A program made the position numbers and the translations under genes. From Podarcis cretensis (lineage: Eukaryota), in contig OX638162.1 of assembly GCA_951804945.1 (NCBI GenBank), positions 10,726,001-10,790,000 of the forward strand: a DNA stretch of 64,000 nucleotides, in the 5' to 3' direction. Shown piece by piece: positions 40,501-53,200 of this stretch (position 1 is its first letter; each line of letters begins with the position of its first letter). The notes beneath the pieces are model-generated. The model saw only the letters and a list, made by a program, of their open reading frames with translations. It was not told where the DNA came from and did not search any database.

Positions 40501-43500
40501 TTTTGCAAATCTATCACCCTTCTCTTTAAAGCATTGCAAGGCTTTGGATTAGATGACCCTTGGGGTACTTTCCAAATCTACAATTCTATGAGGCTTTCCT
40601 TTTTCTTCCAAGCTTGTTCCTCTAGCAATATGGCAAGATTATTAAGTCAATCACCATTACTAGCAACAATAAAATGTAAAAGTAAGAAAGAAAAGTGAAA
40701 TTAATAACAATACTATACCTGAGAAGAGATGAGATGGGTGTGATGGGCTTTAACAAGTATGAAAACCATGCTGTAAGCCAAATTAAGTTTGCATCTTAAT
40801 TAACCCTTTATTCCCTTTATTTCTGAGCTCATTGTTCCTAATTAAAATTTCCGCAGCATTCCACTGAAACTTCTTTACACCCCTTGGCCCTTTTCTACTC
40901 CCTTTCAATCCCTTGGTCTTTATTCACCTGCTGCACTTCAAGTGGTCAATATTGGCTACTTTGGGAACTCCTGATTTACACGCACTTTTGTCCTCCCATG
41001 AAGGGCACAAGTATTACCTCTGCCTTGCTTTGTATCCTCTATACGCTGCTTGCAACAAAATTACTTTGTTTCTCTTGGCCCTGTAGACACTTCTGGTGTG
41101 GTAGCTTCGCCATTTTGCCTGGACGATGGTAGCTGCAGCATTCCGGTGCCTCAAGCATTCCCGCCAGTAGCTCTGGATAATGAAGCCAGCCACCCGCATC
41201 TGCTGAAATCTTCTCCTTGCCACAAAGCCTCGCCAGTAGGCCTGAAGAACAACTGCTGCCTTGCCTAAACAGATGGAATTGTTTAGGGACTCTTCTTCCT
41301 CAGCTTGCTTTCTTCTTTGGTAACTACGCCAGTATTGCTATGGGAAGAGTGAGAGAAAATATTTTCCACTACTCCATACTGTGTCAGATTCCCTTAAAAG
41401 AAAAATCCTTGAAAACAATATCTAACAAAGATCCAGTAGCATAACCACAATTTCGCCTGCTAATAAGACCAAGTGGTATTGAATGAAGAAGAAAGGCTGA
41501 ACAGCCATTTTCTTATTCTTGTGGATGACTAATCTGTACTCACGGGGGAAAAAAGTTTTAAAATGATGAGGTGCAAGCATTTTTAAAGCTGGTGTTTTAC
41601 TGACATTTAAGATGACAGAAGACAAAGCAAAAGAGAGAGCAATCATGTTTTTCAATAATAACCTGGACAAATACTTTGTGGTATGAATGAAATTGAGAAG
41701 GGACTTTTAGTGTTAGTAAAGATATACACATGATATGAAAATAATTTTCTTAACTGTGCATAAATATACTGACATATGCCTTACTATGTATTAAACTTCC
41801 ACATTCCTTGTTATTACAATGCCACTGTTCTGCACATAACTATGCCCTCATTTCCACACAACACTAAGCCAAACCATGGTTTAGTGTGAATGAGCATGTT
41901 CCTAGATAAGAGATTGTGGTCTCTGCTTCCCCTCAGTGGTTCTGCTGCTGCGCTGCACTGAGCCAAGCCATGGTTTGGTTTAGTGCAGAGCTTTCCAAAC
42001 AGTGTGTCGTGACACGTTAGTGTGTCAGCTGCAGTGTGCAGTATGTCGCACGAATGATCGTGCAGTATGTCACACGAATGCTCTTATAAGGAGTTAGTTT
42101 AACCTCCGGTGTGCTGGCAAAACTGAATTACTATGTCACAAAATGATGCATATCTAAAAAGTTTGTCAGCAACATGGACGGTTTGGAAAGCTCTGGTTTA
42201 GTGTGTCATCCAAACCATGGCTTTGTGCAAATGAGCAAAATCTGGGGTGGAGATTGTGATCACTTTGTTCCTCCTTTGATTATCTTACTGCTGCACTGTG
42301 CTGTGCTAAGTCTGGCTGTGTGTTGTCCAAACCCAGGTTCGTGGTTTAGAGAAATCATGAGCTGCAAACCATAGGCTAAACCTTGGTTACTGTTTGCAGT
42401 TTGTCTGGAGCGAGTTTAACCCCAAGTCTTTGTTCAAAATCAGCACAGTGCTGCAACAAAATGACTGAGGAGAAGCAAAGCATTCACAATCTCCTCTCTG
42501 GGAGTGTACACATTTGCTTGTGCAAAGGAAGGCATGGTTTGGCTTAGTGTTATGTACAAACCAGGCCTATATGTAACATAAAAGAAACAGCTTTTGTCTT
42601 GAGATAAACGTCAGGCATGCTAAATGTCTGAAATTACTGGAAATCACACTGTTGACACCCACCTGTATGACCACAGCAGCCTGCTTCAAATTCAGGAACT
42701 GCCTCCTGTAGAGCATAGTGCGGAACCAGCTCTGCAACAGAGTGATCCTTCGCAACACCTCCTCATGCAGCAGGCCCTGTAGAAGCTGACGTCCCTGCTC
42801 TTTCATGAAAACCTAACAATGTGGAGAGCAATAATAAATGCCTATTTATTAATGAACAAATTACTGTCAGTTCCCCACCAGGCACATATAAAGATTTCTG
42901 CAAAATAATTGCAATGGTGTAAGTAACAAAACAAAGGAAGAACCTGTTCTGCCCACCAATCTTGGCACTCGCAAGGGAAAAAGAGCCTGAATATTCATCC
43001 AGGGAAACAACTGGCTGAACATATGGAATCTTATGAACTTTTTTGGGGGGTTTTACCTCAAGTCTGCAGCCTGAATACTTTAAAAAAAAATAATGAAGGG
43101 GATGAGGGAATCACCACAAATTTAAATAATTTATTTTATTTTATTTTATTATTTTTTAAGACACACAGTGAAGCAAATCCACAAAATGCCTTTTAAATAA
43201 AATAAGGGTCACATTTACTTCAGAATCTTTCTCTCCCCTCCTTCAGAAATAAATTCCAACTGATGTTCACGTACTTGAAAATGAACTGAAAGGTGAGTTG
43301 CCTCATTCTAGAGTCTGGGGCAACTTTGGTGTGGCAAAAAAAGTCTTGGGGAGTTGTAATTTTGAGTTCTACCAGACATTGTCTTATTTACATGCAACAC
43401 TAAAATTGTGGCTACTTTGCTCCCCCCCCCCTGCTCATTTTGCTGATGGACTGCACCGAGCTAAACTATGTCACAGTTTGACTTAGTATGCTGTCCCAGT

Positions 43501-46500
43501 CTGGGTTCATGGTTTAGCTCTCCCCAACAAACCACAAGCTGTAAATCATAGGACAAACCTTTGTTATAGTGTGTGGTTTGTCTGCAGAAAGCTAAGCTAT
43601 GAGCTCAGGTCTGGACAACATGTTGAGCCAAACTAAAGCTTAGCTCAGAGAAGCAGCAAAATGACTGGCAAGGAGCAAAAACCCCAAATCTCCTCTCTGG
43701 GAGCCCATACATTTGCTTGTTACTGATAAGCCGTGGTCTATGCTATCAATACATGCTAAATGGGTCACTGTATATCTGATAAACACCACTATGGCAGCAG
43801 GGTACACCCATAAATAATACTAGAAAGGGACAAATGTATTTTAATATTGTGTCAGGGAGCAAAAGGGAAACGAGGCTTTGAACGTACCATTGTTCGTCCC
43901 ACTTGATAATTGTCAGGGTTGGTCTTTGTTTTCCTTAAGAATTCTTGGATATTCTCCTTGGATGGTATCATGCCTCTTGGCAGAAGTACATGAAAATGAT
44001 CCACGAACTCCTGAAAAATTAGGCATACCTCTGCATGTTATTTAACACAGTTTGTCATTTTACTCTGAAAGTTCATTGAAGTCAACTCTGTATCTATGGA
44101 AATTCAGGCTGCCTTAGTAGATGAGATGAGAAACAGGGATCATTCCACCAGCTCTGCTGAAAGACTAGCTTCTGCCCTGAGCTGTTTCTATGTTGGCTGA
44201 GCATTACAAGAACTACTATTTAGGAACTGGTGCCTGAGTTTGCTTTTTCCCTCTTCCTTCTGTGTCCCCTTTCTCTGGTGTGTCATGCTTTTTTAAATCA
44301 TACGCCTGAAGGGACTGCTTTGTTTTAAGTGATTGTATGCAAGCAGCTCTGGGAGGTTTTTCAGCTGACAAGTGGACTACAAATGTTCTAAATGCATAAT
44401 CAATAAATAAACATAGCAATTCTGAAAAGGGCTGTCATTGTGGATACTGAAAAGTAACAGTTTTAATTGCCTATTATATTCAAAGCTCTCTAGTTTACAC
44501 AACTGAATTAATCAGAAAGGCATGAAAGCTGGGGGTGGGGTGGGGCAGGGATCAATATTAAGCTCTCCCCAGCCACATTGTTCTGGTGGCTGTATGAAAA
44601 ATGTGACACCGGGATGCATAACACTAGTGTAGCAGGAATATGGTTGACCTTTCCTTTAACTAACATGTTGATTTGGAAATGTGTTTTGTAAAAGTATAAT
44701 AATTCACAAATATGTTTTACACAAATATCACTATTTCCTGCACAGTGTTTCTACAGCATCCCATGGTCCCTCCTTTCCTTCACTGATTTTCTATTTACTT
44801 CTCAGTCCTTGCCAGATAGCAGCTGGAGCTCACAATGAATATTCCCAGCCACATCTCTGCATGCTTGCAAGCCCTAATTTGACATGGCTATTTGTTCTGC
44901 CAGTTGCATCATTTTTAGCTGCAGAAATAATACTTTCCATACACTTATGTATTCACCTACATTTAAATCAAGGAATTGCCCAACTGACCATAGTGCCTTG
45001 GAGTCCACTTCACCAAAACTTTTTTGGGAGATTCAAATAATCTAACCTTGAAGGTGTATTTGGAACTATATCCTGACTGTCGTATGCGCACTGTCTCTCG
45101 CATCCCTGTGTACCGCAGCTGTCTAAGCACCTGGTTGTCGCTGAACCTCAGGGGAAGCTGAAAAAACAAAACATACAAGGGCCAAACAGTTACACATTGA
45201 CTGCAAGTTCATCCAGGTAAGCAAGTTTTCATGGATGACTTTGTTGACTACCAGGGCTCACCGGTCCTTTGCTGATGGCTGCCCTTTAAATAGATCCCAG
45301 TCTACACCACCAGCATCAACCAGGCAATGGCCTCTAAGGAGGCTCCACTTGGGAAAAGGAAGGGTGGAGCACTCTCAGTCATGCTCCTGATGGAAGGGAA
45401 GGAGCCCAGCTGCCGTACCTCAGGCAGAACAAAGGGTATGGGGACAGGGAGGATGTAAAAAGCCTAAGAGAGTAGAAAAAGGGGAGAAGTCCAGTGGAGA
45501 CAGAGAACAGTCTGGGCACCTAAATAAGGCTCTTCCACAGATACTGGGGCAACTTGGTCCTTGGTCAAAGGCCTTCTTCAGGATATCCCCCAAGCCCCAG
45601 AGAATGCAGTTAGATAGGAAATATCAGCTGTCTGTTTATCTAGTCCCCAATCCCTGGGGAGGCATAGGAATCCTAGATTTCAGCCTGCCAAGGCGAATGG
45701 TATGGAGAGATATATTCAGTGCTTATTTTTAAAAGGGGGGGAGGTACTCAATGGTATGCAGTACCGGCACCTCTTTTGTTATTAAAAAGTGTGGCACTTA
45801 CTCTAACAACTTCATGGTGAGTACCAGCACCTATTTCTCTAGAAAAAAAGCACTGTCCTCTTTGGCATGGGACCCCAAGATGACAATTTTTCACAGCCCT
45901 CTAGCTGCTATGGTGGCTCATTTACCAGAAGTAATACAGTATATTTAGTGTATGGACTTTGCAAGGCTTGGTTTGGTCAGAATTGAGTATACACTTCCAG
46001 AGTTAACACTAAATACATTACTTCTGGAAAATGAGTCACCATAGCCACTAGAAGGCTGTGAAAATCTGTGTCCTGAGTTTTCAGACTGGTCTACACAGGT
46101 ACTATTTGAAACTATATGGGCACAGCTCACCTACCCCACTGCTAGCTGAATCCTTGTTCCTGATGTATAGCAGGATGGTATTGAGGATTATTGCTATGTT
46201 GATCTGAAAGATCAAAAGGGCACGGCACCCCTTTACATTTATTTATTTTTTTATTCAGATTTGTCATGGCCAATTGCTAGTATAATCAAGTTATTTGGAT
46301 TGGCTGTAACAGTCCAGCAAAACTGATTTTCATTGTGGATTACTTGGGATTGGAGAGGCACTTACCTTGTCAGCATTGGAGCGAATGCACTTGACAAAAT
46401 AGGGTTCTGCTTGGCCAAGGGTCTCCATCAATTTGGTAAGCGATGCCTAAAGTGGAAAATAAAATTATGGAGTTGGCTTCTGCAACAATTATTTTGGTAA

Positions 46501-47166
46501 GAAAATAACATGTTGCCAAACCTCTCCTTATGCTATTTTTAAACTGTAATTTAACACACATATGAAATAGAAATTGTGATAATATTGCTTCTTATTGTAG
46601 ACATTCAAAGACATGAAAATGGCTTTGCTATACAATGCATAATAATGGCATTAAGTACATATATGTAAATCTTCAAAAGCATGTTACTGGTCAGAACAAT
46701 AGCATACATGTCCCTCAGCAGTTCTCCTTCTGGAATGCTGCATATTTTATTCAAAATTCAGCTTCATTTATCTACTTAAGAGACAAGGTGTTCAGCTTAC
46801 CTATAGGCCTGGACCATAGGCTCCAGCTTGTGGAAATTCTGCGGTTAGACTGTTGATGGGGACAGACTATCACCAGGGACAGTTTCAGAAGACAGCTCTG
46901 GATGAGCATACCTGAACCACTTGGCTTTTGAATTAAAGGGTGCCAAAGGGCACTATAATGTCTCCAATGCTATTTAACATCTACATGAAGCCATTTGGGA
47001 GCAAAGTGTCAATGGTATGCTGATGATAGCCAACTCTATTTTTCTGTAATGTCTGACTTGGAAATGCTGAGAAGGCCCTGGACTAGTGTCAGTTAGATAA
47101 TTTTTTGACTTATCGTATTGTGTCTAGTGTACACTGCTTATAGACTATTGTGATTCAGCACTGAAA

Positions 47167-47201
<35 letters not shown>

Positions 47202-50200
47202 AGGCTTTTAATTAAAGGAGGTTAGAAAACTACTTAAAGCTATTTAGAGAGCATAGTACTGCTGAAATTAAAACAGCTTTGGCAGAAAGTATATGGGTAA
47301 TTACTATACTGTTCAAAAATTTCAAACTGACATACAATTTATGTCCTGAACTTTATTAAGGACTCATATGGGCATCTGTGGAGTTAGCAGTCACAGCCTA
47401 TGCAAAGTATAAAGTCATATAATCATATCAGTTTGACTTACTGTATATCACATCTGACAATTAATCAGTCTAGCCTGGTATTGTCTACACTGACTGGCAG
47501 AAACTTTTCAGGATCTGAATCAGAGTTCTGTTTCCCAGTTGAGCTACCTCTGACTTTTTAAAAAAAAATATGGAGGTAATAGGAGTGAAGCCGATACATG
47601 ATGCACACAACACATATATTCTACTACTGTGTTATGGTAGCTATGACCCCAAAGGGCTGATTGATGTCTAAGGGATTTTAAAGAAGATCTAAGCCATACA
47701 TAAATGGCTTGGCTTGCAACAATCTTTTCTTTAATGCGAGTCAGTTACTGAGTTGACTTACAGAAGGCTGGAAATGCCCAGAGGGAACTAGAGAATTTAC
47801 TAGTTGGCCAAAAGAAAGAAAAAAAGACTGTGATGTAAAAATGAATGGGACAACCTGGGATAATAAAGAAAATGGGAACTGCAACCAATTGTTGTTCTTG
47901 TTGTTTTTTCCTAAAATGAACAGTAGGCTACATTCCAGTCCATCTAGTATCCCTATTTTATTTCCATTGGAAATAGATATTCTACATGGTTTTCCTTAAG
48001 TTAAACTTCATGAAATTAACAATGGTAAGTTACCTGGAACTGGGCACTGATGCTTGGAGGCTTCTTCTTCTTGTGAAGGTGGAGAAGAGACTTTGTGATA
48101 CGGTCATGGAGAGTTAGGTTCGTCAAGTGCTTGAGCGATTTCACTTCAAGCAAGTGCTAAGAAACACAAAGATTCTAACTTTGGTTATGAGAAATTTGAA
48201 CCAACATAAGCACAAATCTTTGCAAGAAACCAACAGTGGAGCATGGTACCCACAGGTCTCTGCCCCACCCTCCCCCTTCTGAAATTAGGCTTCCACTGTA
48301 GCCAATAGAAGGCTTTTTTCAAGCCCAATTGCAGTTTGGAAGCACAAAGTATACTTTTGGGAGTCTCAACTATTGAGGAAAGAATAAATCTCTACCCTCC
48401 AGATGTAAGCCTCTGAAATTACTCCTCTCTAATTGTTGCCGGGGAGGGGGGGAGCAGTGATCTTCCTGGGGATTATAGCTGAAGAAGGGCCCATGCATTC
48501 CCAGTTGCATTCACCAGAAAAATAATCCACTGCCTCCCACTCCACTTGAAAAAAGTAAAACCCCTTTTTCAAAACCTAACAGTTGATATGGAGTGAGTGG
48601 GCGTGCCATCACAATCTCTGTGGTTGTGGTGCTCACAGCAGTTTACAGTGGTACCTCGGGTTAAGTACTTAATTCGTTCCGGAGGTCTGTTCTTAACCTG
48701 AAACTGTTCTTAACCTGAAGCACCACTTTAGCTAATGGGGCCTTCTGCTGCCATCGCACCACTAGAGCACAATTTCTGTTCTCATCCTGAAGCAAAGTTC
48801 TTAACCCAAGGTACTATTTCTGGGTTAGCGGAGTCTGTAACCTGAAGCGTATGTAACCCAAGGTACCACTGTATATGGTTTGCAAATGTGCACATCACAT
48901 TAATACAGTGGTACCTCGAGTTACAAACACCTCAGGTTATAAACTCCACTAACCTGGAAGAGTTACCTCGAGTTGAGAACTTTGCCCCAGGATGAGAACG
49001 GAAATCGTGTGCCGGCAGCACAGTGGCAGCAAGAGGCCCCATTAGCAAAAGCACGCCTCTAGTTAAGAACAATTTCAGGTTAAGAATGGACCTCCGGAAC
49101 GAATTAAGTTCATAACTAGAGGTACCACTGTACATCAATTGTACACATGGTGAAAACCATACTATGAGTTCGTGGACAGTGTACACTTTCTGTATGCTTT
49201 CTTATGAAAAAGGAATAGCCTTGTAAAAAACAGCATAATTTGTGAAATTAATCTAGTTTAAATATGTTAGCTCAGGTTCTTTAGCTCTAGTACTCTCACC
49301 TTTGGAAGGTTAGGCTTCGCTTTGAAGTTCTTGTTTCGCCTAGGAAGAAGCAACAAAGATCCATATTAAAGCAGCAGGGACATGTTAATGCTAATTTGTA
49401 AACTTTCATGAGAAAAACATTTGCTTCTGGTGTGATGGCAAAGCATGTACTAGTGCAGTGTCAACAAATCTATTGTGAGTGCTGGTTTCATGTGGTCACT
49501 CGCACTCTTGCTTGTGGAAGTGTGTGCATCTGTTTCAGGAATAGCAAACTCCGGCCCTCCAGATGTTTGGGATTACAATTCCCATCATCCCTGACCACTA
49601 GTCCTGTTAGCTAAGGATGATGGGAATTGTAGTCCCAAATATCTGGAGGGCCGGAGTTTGCCTATGCCTGATCCATTTGAAGAGATACTGAACTGAAAAT
49701 ACAAGTTTCACACATATTTTTTCAAACCCACTCAACTCCTAGTGACAAGCTTCTTTAGAACTGCAGACATTCTTTGACAATTAATTCAGATACTTTATTC
49801 TTCCAGCTGCATCTTTGAAGGGGTATTTGGAAATTATAAAAGAGAATATAATTGATGTAATTACAATACTTTCACAAATACCTAAAAGGAGATTTGTGTA
49901 ACACAGGAACCCCTTTTAATTTAATAAATGTTCATAATAAAAACTCTGGCTCTACCGATCAGAGTCTCTGGTCAGCTCCCAAGACCAGAGGAGAGTAATT
50001 GAACTAGAACAGTTCAAAGGTTGCTTCCATGTATTTTATAGTGTCCCAGTTCTGCAGTCTACCTCATCATCCAGATTTAAGATACACTTATGAGGATTTC
50101 TGAATTGTAAATCTGTGTGCCTTGGGTGATGAATGCTGATGGGTAATAGAGACCTCTCTTACCCCAACTTGTCCCATGTTTGTTGCTATCCCTAGAGATC

Positions 50201-53200
50201 AATTTATCTTTGTAACAAAGAACAAATATGAACTAACATGAGGATGCCATGGGCTCTCTCCAAGAGTTTGCTGTTAGTTGAATTCACAAATATCCCATCT
50301 TTGTCGAGGAAACTGCTTTGGCTGGAGAGTTTGCTCTGTCGCACGCCCATCTTGCTATTCCAACCAACTCCATACATATCACTGCAATGTGGGAAACAAA
50401 TACACTTTATTGCTTAGATTTCACAAAGAATATACCAGGGTTTTGTTTTGTTTTGTAAAAAGGTAACTTTTCCAAAGTCACAATTTCATATGTAAAGCTC
50501 TTGCTCTAGCAGTCACACTTATCACACAATCTGACTTACCGCTGACTTTTCTCATTGATAGTGTTAACTCCCTGCAGATCTGAAAGTGGTGTTCTGGGAC
50601 GTTTGCGGGCAATACCTGTGGCAGCATATCAACAAAAAAATTAACATTCTATTTAGCATTAGATAAATTCTCTGCACCAGCTTGGGAGGGGGAAAAATCA
50701 GACTGCAACATGTGCTGAAAATGGTACATGCTGGGAACTGGGGGAGGGGGGAGGGAGAGAAGAACCATAAACGAGGAGCCATGGCTGGTAATAATGATAT
50801 ATTTGAGTTAAGCTCTTAAAATAAAGAAAAGATGTCCTAAACTCGTTTGCCACAAAATTTACTTGTAATCCTACATATAAAGCCATATTTTAAATATATT
50901 TTTTAAAAGATGCACATCTCTATATCCAAGAAACAACACAAAGGGGAAAGCTTTTATAGGAGGAAAATATTGCAACTAAGAGCCACACCTCCAATAAGAT
51001 TATTATCTGTAAAAGTTCTTTTCTGGTCAGCTGCTTTCTCCTCCTTATAAAAGTAGAACAATGCAGACCATATGAACACCACAAATTTGTGCAGAGGTAA
51101 GCCTCTGGATTCTATTAATAGCTTAACTGGAAATCTTTCTTATATACTGTGCTTGGACAACCTCCAACCTGGTAGCAGAGCTACCAGGAACAAAGTTCAC
51201 TATTTTGGTCTGGGCATTTTCTTTTTAAAAGCCCAGCATGGTTCAATACATTTTACTGAATACAAGATACACTTCTTAGCTGTTCCATCTTAAAAGCTAC
51301 AGCCTCTATTGTAAAACATACTATGCAGAATTTAACACAAACATGGCTTGCCTTAAGTGGGTCTCAAAGTCTCATCTGAAATGCAAAACTATGGGGGCTC
51401 TAACCTGCATTACTAACCCTAACATAGGTATTCAGAGATGGTGTAGCACAGTGGACAAGAAATGAATCAGGAAATTCTTGGTTCCAATTTCCCTCCTCCA
51501 CCATGTCATAACAAATCAGATACAGAACTGACCTAATCTACAGGGTTTTCTAAGGATTAGCTGATAATGTATATTCAGCATTTAGAACACTCAGTATCCT
51601 CAAACTGGATTTATAAAGGGCAGATGAGATTGGTTTAACAATTTTGGAACATTTGAACCCAGTCATCTGGTATGGAATGACCCCAAATTTTAGGTAACTA
51701 GATTTGCAAAATAAATTTACTGGTTTGTTCCCCTTTGATATATCCTTGTGTAAGGGAAGTACCAAAAAATAAGATATTATACACCCCCACACACTTGGCT
51801 AGAAGTCAAGCCAAGACTTATTGCTTTTAATAAGGCCACAAATATCCTAATTAGAAAAAAAACACACAAAAAAAAACTGAGCAAATAATAATAAATCTTT
51901 CAGTCATAGTATACCCATAGGACATGAAAAGATTACTGAAGAGATAAATAAATATTAATAAATTAAGGTGATTCAATAAGCTAAAGCTCTATCTTGATGA
52001 CGAGATTTGAAGGTGAGCAGTCTTACTGTGTTTGGCAAGAATCACTCATGCAATGTAATCTTCTCTGGGCCTAGTCATTTTCAAAACATTAAATTAGCAT
52101 TTGTAAACTTTATTATTTCTTCCATGACCACTGAATTTTCTTAAGAGCTGCTAGTGAGGCCCTTTTGTCAACAACTATGCATGAATTGCATCATTCATGA
52201 TTTAAGAGCAACGAGGGATAATATTTATTCAATTTATTAGTCACCTTATACAAAGCGTCTCTAGGTAACTTACCGGTACATATACAAATTAAAATAACCA
52301 TTAGGTTTTAACCATAAAATACTATTCCTCCACCACCCCAAAGCAATAAGCATGATTATTACACTCTCTCAAAAGCCTGGGAGGTGGTTAGTGCCGAGCA
52401 AGCAGGCATCCCTGGGAATAGCATCCCATAAATTAGAGGCCACAACTAAATATCCCCTCTCCCTTGCTGCCACCCTCTGATCCTCTCTCACATGATCTTC
52501 AAGTGAAGGGAGATATTCCATTTGGTATCAGGGTCCTGAGCTGTACAGGCCCTTTTTATGTTAGAACCAGCACTTTTGAGCCAGACTCAGAAACACAAGC
52601 ATATGTGCCAGAACCAGTGTTATATGTGCAGACTGCTTCATAATATGCTACTGTAATGTTCTGAAAATAAGTAGTCCCCTGTGGGGGAAGAGAAGCATTC
52701 AACTATATTAACAGAAAGCAATAAATGCCATCCCCTAAGGATTTGTATCGCACCCACTGCTACGTAACTGATTCATAAGGACCTAAAGTCATGGAATAAG
52801 GAGTGAGGTCTGCAGAAGTTTGCAAATTGTTCAGGACAGAAGAATCCCAAGCAGACCACAGATGTATACCAAAAATAATTTGCAAAGTAAAAGTTATAGC
52901 AGTGCGCACGTAACTACTACTTTTGTGTTTTTATATTGTAAACTGCCCTGTGGTGCTTGGATGAAGGGTGGTATATAAAAACAACCTTTCTCCCTCCTCT
53001 ATGTGACATCCGTTCAAATATATAAAAGGATGTCACATAGAGGAGGGAGAAAGGTTGTTTTCTGCTGCTCCAGAGAAGCGGACATGGAGCAATGGTTCCA
53101 AACTACAAGAAAAAAGATTCCACCTAAACATTAGGAAGAACTTCCTGACAGTAAGAGCTGTTCGACAGTGGAATTTGCTGCCAAGGAGTGTGGTGGAGTC

